Below are positions 1-8,271 of a DNA stretch of 64,000 bases, one piece after another. Each line of letters starts with the position of its first letter. Within the stretch, counting starts at the first letter, position 1. This DNA comes from Flavobacteriaceae bacterium. GTDB lineage: Bacteria > Bacteroidota > Bacteroidia > Flavobacteriales > Flavobacteriaceae. The position numbers and the translations under genes are program-made. The DNA is taken from positions 20,272 through 84,271 of the forward strand of contig JAKITV010000006.1 of the NCBI GenBank assembly GCA_021647885.1, given 5' to 3'. A model generated the notes under the pieces. That model was not told the origin of the DNA, ran no database searches, and worked only from the letters and a program-made list of their open reading frames with translations.

Positions 1-149
1 TCTAAATCTTGTAGTTTTCGCCTTAATTTAATATTCAAATATTGGTTTAAAAGATAAGCTACACGATAATCGTCTATAGTACAATGAATTGCTATTAAAG
101 AATAAGTGTCATCACTAAAATCATCGACAAGCAGTTTATGTAATGCCAT
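1..149 (-). CDS. IPExxxVDY-family protein, 5' part (runs off window)
   Basis: Hand translation from ATG 149: MALHKLLVDDFSDDTYSLIAIHCTIDDYRVAYLLNQYLNIKL...; usual position downstream of rnc in Flavobacteriaceae; not in ORF track. Confidence 0.75.
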   Translation of the reverse strand, partial: MALHKLLVDDFSDDTYSLIAIHCTIDDYRVAYLLNQYLNIKLRRKLQDL

Positions 150-268
150 AATTATTAAATTATGAGTTGTAAATATAGTACATTACAGTTATATTTTGAT
201 AACTGCTTTAGTATTCTTAATCGTAAATATTACGCAAACGTTATAGTGAAATTGCTTTATTGCAAATT

Positions 269-1009
269 TTAAAAGGCTTTTGAGATTTCTTTTTGAAATG
301 CAAAGAACGCTCTTTTTGAAGCCTTTTCTTCAGCCTTCTTTTTTGAAGTTGCTCTAGCTTTAGAAATTACTTTTTTATCTATTGATAATTTTACTGAAAA
401 GTGTCTCATATCGTCATTCCCTGTATCTTCATAAACATAGTAATTAAAGGTCTTTTTTTCTTTTTGACACCACTCTATTAATAAGCTTTTGTAGCTAATC
501 ACTTTTCCTTCCAGTTGTGCAATGTCAACATGAGGGATAATAACTTTATCGTAAATAAATTTTTCGCAATAGGCATAACCTCTGTCGAGAAAAATAGCTC
601 CTACTAAAGCTTCAAACAAATTACCATGAATATTATTGCCAAAATTACTTTTGGGAATTTTACTCTCTACAAATTTTATAAGGTTGAGTTCTTTGCCAAG
701 TTCATTTAAATGCTCTCTACTTACAATTTTTGATCGCATCTTGGTTAAATAACCCTCATCTCCTTGCGGAACTTCATTAAACAAATGTGTGGCTATTATA
801 GAGCTTACCATAGCGTCCCCAACAAATTCAAGCCGCTCATAATTTATAGGAGTACCATTTTTGTCGCGTTTATTCATAGATCTATGCGTAAATGCTTTTT
901 GGTAAAACTCTATCTTTTTAGGTCTAAACCCTAAGATTTTTTTTAACTGAACAAAAAAATTCCCGTCTCCTTTAGAACGGGAATTTAATATGTTACGAAT
1001 GTCTTTCAT
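269..1009 (-). CDS. rnc: Ribonuclease III
   Basis: NYERLEFVGDA signature, C-terminal dsRBD (SKKKAEEKA). Confidence 0.97.
   Translation of the reverse strand: MKDIRNILNSRSKGDGNFFVQLKKILGFRPKKIEFYQKAFTHRSMNKRDKNGTPINYERLEFVGDAMVSSIIATHLFNEVPQGDEGYLTKMRSKIVSREHLNELGKELNLIKFVESKIPKSNFGNNIHGNLFEALVGAIFLDRGYAYCEKFIYDKVIIPHVDIAQLEGKVISYKSLLIEWCQKEKKTFNYYVYEDTGNDDMRHFSVKLSIDKKVISKARATSKKKAEEKASKRAFFAFQKEISKAF
950..986 (-). terminator. Terminator-like hairpin plus U7 tract inside the 5' end of rnc
   Basis: + strand AAATTCCCGT(957-966)/ACGGGAATTT(977-986), 10-bp inverted repeat; minus-strand RNA reads ...ACGGGAAUUUUUUUG. Confidence 0.55.
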
Positions 1010-1016
1010 TCAGGAT

Positions 1017-2267
1017 TTAATCTATTTTTTTGAATAATACACAGGCATTATGACCGCCAAACCCAAAGGTATTACTCATAGCGACTTTGACATCTCTTTT
1101 TTGAGCTTTGTTTAAAGTTAAATTTAATTCTGGATCTATGTTTTCATCAACCGTTGTATGGTTAATAGTTGGTGGAATTATGCCATGTTCTATAGATAAA
1201 ATAGAAGAAATAGCTTCAATTGCTCCAGCGGCACCTAATAAATGCCCAGTCATAGATTTTGTGGAATTAATATTTATACTTTTTGCATGACTACCAAATA
1301 CTTCAGATATCGCTTTTAACTCAGCAACATCTCCTAAAGGTGTCGATGTCCCATGAGTATTAATAGCATCTACATCTTCAGGTTTTAGTCCTGCATTTTC
1401 TAAACAATTATGCATTACAGCTCTCACGCCTATACCATCAGGATGAGGAGCTGTCATGTGATAAGCGTCAGAAGATAATCCTGCTCCAACTAGCTCAGCA
1501 TATATTTTTGCGCCTCTTGCCTTTGCATGTTCATATTCTTCTAATATTAGTGTACCAGCACCTTCGCCAAGCACAAAACCATCTCTGGTCGCATCAAATG
1601 GTCGAGAGGCTGTTTCAGGATTTTCATTTCTGGTTGATAATGCATGCATGGCATTAAATCCACCCATTCCAGCAATAGTAACTGCTGCCTCACTTCCTCC
1701 TGTAACTATAACATCGCAATGTCCTAAACGTATGTAGTTTAGGGCATCGCACATTGCATTTGCTGCAGAAGCACATGCCGAAACTGTTGTGTAATTTGGC
1801 CCCATAAAGCCATACTTTATAGAGATATTTGCTGGTGCAATATCTGCAATCATTTTAGGAATAAAGAATGGGTTAAATCTTGGTGTTCCATCTCCTTCTG
1901 CAAAGTTTAAAACTTCTGTCTGGAAAGTTTCTAATCCACCTATTCCTGCTCCCCAAATAACGCCAACTCTTAATTTATTTATCTCGTCAAGATTAAGTTT
2001 TGAATCCACAATGGCCTCATCTGAAGCAACCATTGCATATTGAGCAAACTTATCCATCTTACGAGCATCTTTTCTATTAAGAAAATCGGTAATATTGAAA
2101 TTTTTTACTTCACAAGCGAATTTAGTTTTGAACTTTTCGGTATCAAAATGTGTGATAGGCGCAGCACCACTTTTGCCAGCAATAAGGCTTTCCCAGTATT
2201 CATCAACTGTATTACCTATTGGCGTAAGCGCACCTAACCCTGTAACTACGACTCGCTTTAACTCCAT
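1017..2267 (-). CDS. fabF: 3-oxoacyl-ACP synthase II
   Basis: RVVVTGLG, SACAS catalytic Cys, HGTST, GHLLGAAG, SNTFGFGGHN. Confidence 0.97.
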   Translation of the reverse strand: MELKRVVVTGLGALTPIGNTVDEYWESLIAGKSGAAPITHFDTEKFKTKFACEVKNFNITDFLNRKDARKMDKFAQYAMVASDEAIVDSKLNLDEINKLRVGVIWGAGIGGLETFQTEVLNFAEGDGTPRFNPFFIPKMIADIAPANISIKYGFMGPNYTTVSACASAANAMCDALNYIRLGHCDVIVTGGSEAAVTIAGMGGFNAMHALSTRNENPETASRPFDATRDGFVLGEGAGTLILEEYEHAKARGAKIYAELVGAGLSSDAYHMTAPHPDGIGVRAVMHNCLENAGLKPEDVDAINTHGTSTPLGDVAELKAISEVFGSHAKSININSTKSMTGHLLGAAGAIEAISSILSIEHGIIPPTINHTTVDENIDPELNLTLNKAQKRDVKVAMSNTFGFGGHNACVLFKKID

Positions 2268-2278
2268 AAAAAGGTTGC

Positions 2279-2512
2279 TTATTTTGCGTCTTCGATATAT
2301 GATATCGCTTGACCTACTGTTCCAATGTTTTCAGCTTGATCGTCTGGGATTTGAATATCAAATTCTTTTTCAAATTCCATGATTAACTCAACAGTATCTA
2401 ATGAGTCTGCTCCCAAATCGTTTGTGAAGCTAGCTTCAGTTACAACTTCGTTCTCATCAACACCTAACTTGTCTACGATAATAGCTTTTACTCTTGATGC
2501 AATGTCTGACAT
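2279..2512 (-). CDS. acpP: Acyl carrier protein
   Basis: [11 protein letters not shown] phosphopantetheine site. Confidence 0.98.
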   Translation of the reverse strand: MSDIASRVKAIIVDKLGVDENEVVTEASFTNDLGADSLDTVELIMEFEKEFDIQIPDDQAENIGTVGQAISYIEDAK

Positions 2513-2543
2513 AATCTTTTAATTTTAAGTTTTAATTAGATGG

Positions 2544-2551
2544 CAAAAATA
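2544..2551 (-). promoter_or_regulatory. Bacteroidetes -7 promoter box for acpP-fabF
   Basis: TATTTTTG (TAnnTTTG) on the minus strand, 31 bp upstream of the acpP ATG. Confidence 0.6.
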
Positions 2552-2784
2552 AAAAACTTTATTTTAAAACTCACCTTTACCAAGAAAATGTACTTATTAT
2601 TTAATAATAATAAAATAAAGTAATATTAATTTACCTTCCAATTGTTAATAATAATTCTTTTTTTTGTTTAAACAATTTAACATTATTATCTACAGATGAA
2701 ATGAGTTTAAGAAAATTTGAAATACTTTCTTGTTTGTTTTTTACAAATTCCATCTGACAATAATCTGATAATAAAAATGGACAG

Positions 2785-3357
2785 ATGAAACGTATTGTGA
2801 TTTTTGCTTCCGGATCTGGAACTAATGCTGAAAATTTAATTAAGTTTTTTCAAAACAGAGATAATGCTTCTGTTATTCAGGTATTGACCAACAATCCTCA
2901 TGCAAAAGTTTTAGAGCGATGCAAAAAACTCAATATTAGTGCACTGTCTTTCAACAAAATGGCATTTACTAAAACTAATGATGTACTTAATGTTTTAAAG
3001 GCATCTCAACCAGATTTAATTGTGCTCGCTGGCTTTTTATGGAAATTTCCAGAAACCATTTTGAATGAATTTCCAAATAAGGTAATTAATATTCATCCTG
3101 CATTATTGCCAAAATATGGAGGAAAAGGCATGTATGGAATGCGTGTTCATGAAGCTGTTATAAATAATAGTGAAACAGAAACTGGCATTACAATTCACCA
3201 TGTAAACGAAAATTATGATGAAGGCGCTATAATTTTTCAGGCTAAATGTGAAGTTTTATCTACAGATACAGCTGATGATGTTGCTGAAAAAATTCATAAA
3301 TTAGAAATGGAATGTTTGCCAAAAGTTGTTGAAAAGTTGCTGATTAAACAAAATTAA
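2785..3357 (+). CDS. purN: Phosphoribosylglycinamide formyltransferase
   Basis: FASGSGTN, NIHPALLP, TGITIH, YDEG. Confidence 0.96.
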   Translation: MKRIVIFASGSGTNAENLIKFFQNRDNASVIQVLTNNPHAKVLERCKKLNISALSFNKMAFTKTNDVLNVLKASQPDLIVLAGFLWKFPETILNEFPNKVINIHPALLPKYGGKGMYGMRVHEAVINNSETETGITIHHVNENYDEGAIIFQAKCEVLSTDTADDVAEKIHKLEMECLPKVVEKLLIKQN

Positions 3358-3369
3358 AACTAAATTCAA

Positions 3370-3391
3370 GAGATTTCCGCCTACGCGGAAA
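3370..3391. repeat. REP-like palindrome (GAGATTCCNGC-N4-GCNGGAAT family)
   Basis: GAGATTTCCGC-CTAC-GCGGAAA; related copies at 5063, 7448, 21672, 21724, 29535. Confidence 0.65.
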
Positions 3392-3397
3392 CTAAAG

Positions 3398-4033
3398 ATG
3401 TCAAAAAAGAAAAAATATTATACAGTTTGGAAAGGTCATCGTACAGGTGTTTTTGAAACTTGGGATGATTGTAAGGCACAAATAAAAGATTTTCAAGGCG
3501 CACAATACAAATCGTTCTTAACTTTTGAAGCTGCAAAAAAAGCATTAAAAGGTAACTATAGAGATTATATAAGTAAGACCAAATTTAAAAGTGAGCTAAG
3601 TAAAGCTCAACTTGATAAAATTGGACAACCTAATTATAATTCCATTTCTGTTGATGCAGCATCAAGTGGAAATCCTGGAAAAATGGAATATCGTGGTGTT
3701 GATACTAAAACGAAAAAAGAACTTTTTAAACAAGGCCCTTTTAAAGAAGGTACAAACAATATTGGTGAATTTCTTGCATTAGTACATGGATTAGCACTAT
3801 TGAAAAAAAATAACAGTAATCGAATAATTTATACAGATTCTAAAACTGCTATGAGTTGGGTGAAAAAGAAATCTTGCAATACAAAATTAGCACGTAACGA
3901 AAAAAACAAACCTGTTTTTGATTTAGTTGAGAGAGCTTTAGCCTGGCTTAAAGAAAACACTTACACAACAACTATTGTGAAGTGGGAAACCAAAGCTTGG
4001 GGAGAAATTCCTGCGGATTTTGGAAGAAAATAG
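3398..4033 (+). CDS. rnhA: Ribonuclease H1 with N-terminal hybrid-binding (Cauli_VI-like) domain
   Basis: KYYTVWKGHRTGVFETW N-domain; VDAASSGNPG, TNNIGEFLA, YTDS, WGEIPADFGRK. Confidence 0.9.
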   Translation: MSKKKKYYTVWKGHRTGVFETWDDCKAQIKDFQGAQYKSFLTFEAAKKALKGNYRDYISKTKFKSELSKAQLDKIGQPNYNSISVDAASSGNPGKMEYRGVDTKTKKELFKQGPFKEGTNNIGEFLALVHGLALLKKNNSNRIIYTDSKTAMSWVKKKSCNTKLARNEKNKPVFDLVERALAWLKENTYTTTIVKWETKAWGEIPADFGRK

Positions 4034-4070
4034 AAGTAGTTGTATTGCTTTTATTCGGAAAAAAATTACG

Positions 4071-4078
4071 TAAGTTTG
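4071..4078 (+). promoter_or_regulatory. -7 promoter box for the pfkB-family gene
   Basis: TAAGTTTG, 22 bp before the ATG. Confidence 0.6.
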
Positions 4079-4100
4079 CAACGAATTTTTAAGCCTTTTC

Positions 4101-5027
4101 ATGAGTAAATTAGTAATTGTTGGCACAGTAGCTTTTGATGCTATTGAAACGCCATTTGGAAAAACCAATAAAATACTTGGTGGTGCAGCTACTTTTATAG
4201 GTTTAGCAGCATCTCAATTTAATATTGATGCGTCTATAGTTTCAGTAGTGGGTGGCGATTTTCCACAAAAATATTTAGATTTATTATCAAATAAAAACAT
4301 TGATATTTCTGGGATCGAAATTGTAAAAGAAGGTAAAACATTCTTTTGGAAAGGAAAATATCATAACGATATGAATTCTCGTGACACACTTGTTACCGAA
4401 CTAAATGTTTTAGCGGATTTTAATCCAGTTGTACCAAAAAATTATAGAAATGCTGAAGTTGTAATGCTTGGCAACTTACATCCTCTAACACAATTAAGTG
4501 TTATAGAGCAAATGGAGTGTAAACCAAAGCTTATTGTTTTGGACACCATGAATTTTTGGATGGATAATGCTTTGGAAGATTTATATAAGGTTATTAAAAA
4601 AATAGACGTTATTGCTATTAATGATGAAGAAGCTAGACAGCTTACTGGTGAATATTCGCTGGTTGTAGCTGCAAGAAAGATTCATGAAATGGGACCAAAA
4701 TATGTAGTGATTAAAAAGGGAGAACATGGAGCTTTGTTATTTAATAATGACAATGTATTTTATGCGCCTGCTTTACCTTTAGAAGAAGTTTTTGACCCAA
4801 CTGGCGCAGGAGATACTTTTGCTGGAGGATTTGCAGGTTATATAGCAAAAACTGGAGACACCTCTTTCGAAAACATGAAAAAGGCAATTATTTACGGATC
4901 GACATTAGCTTCGTTTTGTGTAGAAAAATTTGGAACCGAACGCATGGAGAGTCTGTCAAATAAAGAAGTCCAAAAGCGCTTACAGCAGTTTAAAAACTTA
5001 ACGCAATTTGAAATAGAATTAACATAA
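4101..5027 (+). CDS. PfkB-family carbohydrate/nucleoside kinase
   Basis: N-terminal GG motif, DPTGAGDTFAGG signature. Confidence 0.92.
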   Translation: MSKLVIVGTVAFDAIETPFGKTNKILGGAATFIGLAASQFNIDASIVSVVGGDFPQKYLDLLSNKNIDISGIEIVKEGKTFFWKGKYHNDMNSRDTLVTELNVLADFNPVVPKNYRNAEVVMLGNLHPLTQLSVIEQMECKPKLIVLDTMNFWMDNALEDLYKVIKKIDVIAINDEEARQLTGEYSLVVAARKIHEMGPKYVVIKKGEHGALLFNNDNVFYAPALPLEEVFDPTGAGDTFAGGFAGYIAKTGDTSFENMKKAIIYGSTLASFCVEKFGTERMESLSNKEVQKRLQQFKNLTQFEIELT

Positions 5028-5062
5028 AAAAGCGCACTCAAAAAAATTGAGTGCGCTTTTTT
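5026..5062 (+). terminator. Intrinsic terminator
   Basis: AAAAAAGCGCACTCAA-loop-TTGAGTGCGCTTTTTT. Confidence 0.85.
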
Positions 5063-5081
5063 ATTTCCACGAAAGTGGAAA
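5063..5081. repeat. REP-like palindrome, degenerate copy
   Basis: TTTCCAC-GAAA-GTGGAAA. Confidence 0.5.
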
Positions 5082-5109
5082 ACTTATACTTTAATATATA
5101 CAACCAATA

Positions 5110-7008
5110 ATGAGTGATGCTTTAAAACATGAATGCGGAATTGCACTCATACGGCTTTTAAAACCATTAGAATATTACAAACAAAAATATGGCAGTGCGC
5201 TTTATGGTGTAAATAAAATGTACTTAATGATGGAGAAGCAGCATAATCGCGGTCAGGATGGCGCTGGTTTTGCAAGTATTAAATTAGACACCCAACCAGG
5301 CGAACGTTATATAAGTAGAGTGCGCTCAATAGCGCAACAGCCTATTCAAGATATATTCTCTCAAATTAACGACAGAGTTAACAAAGAACTTAACGAACAT
5401 CCTGAATATGCTAACAGTGCTGAGCTTCAAAAAAAACACATTCCATATATAGGAGAGTTGCTTTTGGGTCATGTGCGCTATGGTACTTTTGGCAAAAATA
5501 GTGTAGAAAGTGTGCATCCTTTTTTAAGACAAAATAACTGGATGCATCGTAATTTGATTTTAGCTGGAAATTTTAACATGACTAATGTTACAGAATTGTT
5601 TAAAAATCTGGTTGAGTTAGGTCAGCATCCAAAAGAATACACAGACACTATAACAATCATGGAGAAAATTGGTCATTTTTTAGATGATTCGGTTAGTAAA
5701 ATTTATAAAACACTTAAAAAAGAAGGTTATAATAAAAGTGAATGTTCTCCACTTATAGCAGAAAGATTAAAGCTAGATAAAATTTTAAAGAAGGCAGCTA
5801 AAAATTGGGATGGTGGTTATGCAATAGCTGGTCTTTTGGGTCATGGAGATTCGTTTGTGTTGAGAGATCCTGCAGGAATTCGTCCAACTTATTATTATAA
5901 AGATGAAGAGGTTGTTGTTGTGGCTTCAGAACGTCCTGTAATTCAAACCGTTTTTAATGTAGATTTTGATGACGTAAAAGAATTAGATCCTGGTTGTGCT
6001 TTAATTACTAAAAAATCTGGAGAAACATCGATAAAACAAATTTTAAAACCTTTAGAGAGAAAAGCATGTTCTTTTGAACGTATTTATTTTTCCAGAGGTA
6101 GTGATGCTGAGATTTATAAGGAGCGAAAATTACTTGGCAAACTAATTATGCCTAAAGTTTTAGAGTCCATTAATTACGATATTAAAAATTCTGTGTTTTC
6201 ATATATTCCAAATACGGCCGAAACTTCTTTTTTTGGAATGATTGAAACGGTTGAAGATTTTCTAAATAAAAAGAAGACCGATGCTATTTTAAAAGGAAAG
6301 CGTTCTCTATCTGCTGAAAAAGTTACTGAAGTTTTATCTGAACATCCTAGAATAGAAAAAATAGCGATTAAAGATGTTAAGTTAAGAACATTTATAACAG
6401 AAGATAGTAGCCGAGATGATTTGGTAGCACATGTATATGATGTTACTTATGGTGTCATAAAGCCTAACGATAATTTGGTTATTATTGATGACAGCATTGT
6501 TCGTGGCACAACTTTAAAAATGAGTATCTTAAAAATGCTGGATAGACTAAACCCAAAAAAAATTGTAATAGTTTCTTCGGCACCTCAAATTCGTTATCCC
6601 GATTGTTATGGTATAGACATGGCAAACCTAGAAAGCCTTATTGCTTTTAAAGCAGCACTTGAATTGCTAAAAGACATCAATAAATATGATATTGTAGAAA
6701 CTGTTTATAATAAATGCAAAGCACAAATCGGTCTTGACGATAAGCATGTGAAAAATTATGTGAAAGATATTTATAATCTTTTTACTGCTGAACAAATCTC
6801 TGATAAAATCTCTCAATTATTAACTAATAATACTGTAAAAGCAGACGTAAAAATCATTTTCCAGCCAATTGAAAGTTTACACAAAGCATGTCCTAAAAAC
6901 TTAGGAGATTGGTATTTTACAGGCAACTATCCAACTGCTGGAGGCAATAGAGTTGTTAATAGAGCATTTCTTAATTTTTACGAAGGAAACAAAGAAAGAG
7001 CATATTAG
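5110..7008 (+). CDS. purF: Amidophosphoribosyltransferase
   Basis: Propeptide then ECG, QHNRGQDGAG, GHVRYGT, CSFERIYFSR, IIDDSIVRGTT, YGID. Confidence 0.96.
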   Translation: MSDALKHECGIALIRLLKPLEYYKQKYGSALYGVNKMYLMMEKQHNRGQDGAGFASIKLDTQPGERYISRVRSIAQQPIQDIFSQINDRVNKELNEHPEYANSAELQKKHIPYIGELLLGHVRYGTFGKNSVESVHPFLRQNNWMHRNLILAGNFNMTNVTELFKNLVELGQHPKEYTDTITIMEKIGHFLDDSVSKIYKTLKKEGYNKSECSPLIAERLKLDKILKKAAKNWDGGYAIAGLLGHGDSFVLRDPAGIRPTYYYKDEEVVVVASERPVIQTVFNVDFDDVKELDPGCALITKKSGETSIKQILKPLERKACSFERIYFSRGSDAEIYKERKLLGKLIMPKVLESINYDIKNSVFSYIPNTAETSFFGMIETVEDFLNKKKTDAILKGKRSLSAEKVTEVLSEHPRIEKIAIKDVKLRTFITEDSSRDDLVAHVYDVTYGVIKPNDNLVIIDDSIVRGTTLKMSILKMLDRLNPKKIVIVSSAPQIRYPDCYGIDMANLESLIAFKAALELLKDINKYDIVETVYNKCKAQIGLDDKHVKNYVKDIYNLFTAEQISDKISQLLTNNTVKADVKIIFQPIESLHKACPKNLGDWYFTGNYPTAGGNRVVNRAFLNFYEGNKERAY

Positions 7009-7108
7009 TAAAAAAGGGCAAATTTTAGCATTTCATCTAAAAAAAAGGCTTTTAAACTAAAAATAATGCATTTCGTCTATTATTTGTAGTCGTTAAACAA
7101 AATACTTT

Positions 7109-7116
7109 TACATTAG
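7109..7116 (+). promoter_or_regulatory. -7 box variant for candidate sRNA copy 1
   Basis: TACATTAG, 4 nt before the repeat start; same spacing as copy 2. Confidence 0.55.
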
Positions 7117-7120
7117 GGCT

Positions 7121-7193
7121 ACCATAACATAAGTAGGTTAAGTTCATGGTAGATTTGGGGCAAAAAAAGGTAAACTCTCGTTTACCTTTTTTT
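7121..7193 (+). ncRNA. Candidate small RNA, copy 1
   Basis: ACCATAACATAAGTAGGTTAAGTTCATGGTAGATTTGGGGC, then terminator GGTAAAC-TCTC-GTTTACC-T7; near-identical to copy 2. Confidence 0.7.
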
Positions 7194-7357
7194 ATTTTTA
7201 TAAGAATATTATAATCCGTTGATTATAATTATTTTAAGTCGCAATTTATTACCCCTTTCTTATTTCCCTCTTGAAAATCATTTTGTTTATAGACTACTGT
7301 TAGACTAATTTATAAGTATTTTATCTAATAAATTTAATAATTAAAAAGAAGCTACGT

Positions 7358-7365
7358 TATATTTG
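7358..7365 (+). promoter_or_regulatory. -7 box for candidate sRNA copy 2
   Basis: Perfect TATATTTG, 4 nt before the repeat start. Confidence 0.7.
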
Positions 7366-7369
7366 ACTC

Positions 7370-7440
7370 ACCATAACATAAGTAGGTTAAGTTTATGGTA
7401 GATTTGGGGCAAAAAAGGTGAACTCTCGTTCACCTTTTTT
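7370..7440 (+). ncRNA. Candidate small RNA, copy 2
   Basis: ACCATAACATAAGTAGGTTAAGTTTATGGTAGATTTGGGGC, then terminator GGTGAAC-TCTC-GTTCACC-T6; compensatory A-T to G-C change relative to copy 1. Confidence 0.7.
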
Positions 7441-7447
7441 ATTTTTT

Positions 7448-7470
7448 ATTCCCATGAAAATGGGAATCTC
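7448..7470. repeat. REP-like palindrome
   Basis: ATTCCCAT-GAAA-ATGGGAATCTC. Confidence 0.6.
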
Positions 7471-7505
7471 TTTCTGATTTTATAATATTGATATTTAATA
7501 AAAAT

Positions 7506-7534
7506 AAAAGCAAGCTTTTAAAAAGCTTGCTTTT
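7506..7534 (-). terminator. Intrinsic (likely bidirectional) terminator after sodA
   Basis: AAAAGCAAGCTTTT-A-AAAAGCTTGCTTTT. Confidence 0.8.
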
Positions 7535-7554
7535 CATATTTCATAATGCTAAAC

Positions 7555-8163
7555 CTATTTTGCATCAGCATATCGTCTTTCTACTTCATTCCAATTAATT
7601 ACATTAAAAAAAGCATTGATGTAATCTGGTCTGCGGTTTTGATAGTTTAAATAATATGCATGTTCCCAAACATCAATTCCTAAAATTGGTGTGCCTCCAC
7701 AACCAATTCCCGGCATTAAAGTGTTGTCTTGATTTGCTGTAGAGCATACTTCCACTTTTCCTCCTTTATGCACACATAACCAAGCCCAACCAGAGCCGAA
7801 ACGTGTTGCAGCAGCTTTAGCAAAAACATCTTTAAATGCATCAACCGAACCGAATTCAGCCTCAATAGCATCTCTTAATTCTCCTGATAAATATCCTTTC
7901 CCTTCTGGATTCATGACAGTCCAAAACAACGAGTGGTTATAAAATCCGCCTCCATTATTTCTAACTGCACTATTGTTCATGTCTAAATTAGTAAGGATAT
8001 CTTCAATGGATTTTCCTTCTAAATCTGTTCCAGCTATTGCATTATTTAGGTTATTTGTATAACCGTTATGATGTTTCGTATAATGAATCTCCATTGTACG
8101 AGCATCGATATGAGGCTCTAAAGCATCATATGCATATCCTAATTTTGGTAATTCGAAAGCCAT
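7555..8163 (-). CDS. sodA: Superoxide dismutase, Fe/Mn family (Mn-type residues)
   Basis: [26 protein letters not shown]; GG and NQD point to Mn-type. Confidence 0.93.
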   Translation of the reverse strand: MAFELPKLGYAYDALEPHIDARTMEIHYTKHHNGYTNNLNNAIAGTDLEGKSIEDILTNLDMNNSAVRNNGGGFYNHSLFWTVMNPEGKGYLSGELRDAIEAEFGSVDAFKDVFAKAAATRFGSGWAWLCVHKGGKVEVCSTANQDNTLMPGIGCGGTPILGIDVWEHAYYLNYQNRRPDYINAFFNVINWNEVERRYADAK

Positions 8164-8197
8164 AATATTTTGTTTTTTTGTTTATGTTTATTTCATT

Positions 8198-8205
8198 CAA
8201 ATTTA
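8198..8205 (-). promoter_or_regulatory. -7 box for sodA
   Basis: TAAATTTG on the minus strand. Confidence 0.6.
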
Positions 8206-8271
8206 CAATAAAGGTTTATCTTTTTCATTAATAAGTTATTAAGAATACTTATTTTGGTATAAAATTTTTCT

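Noticed and set aside
7146-7214. Peptide MVDLGQKK... inside the sRNA candidates (type I toxin or leader peptide)
   Set aside because: Copy 1 gives 22 aa running through the terminator; copy 2 is frameshifted (A6 vs A7) and stops after 8 aa. Structure is conserved, coding is not.
7121-7440. The two direct repeats as a CRISPR array
   Set aside because: Only two ~72-nt units with a 176-bp gap, each with a promoter box and terminator; no cas genes.
8175-8195. sRNA pairing with the sodA 5' UTR
   Set aside because: Only 7 contiguous complementary nt (GTTTATG), in copy 2 only and inside the hairpin; expected by chance in AT-rich DNA.
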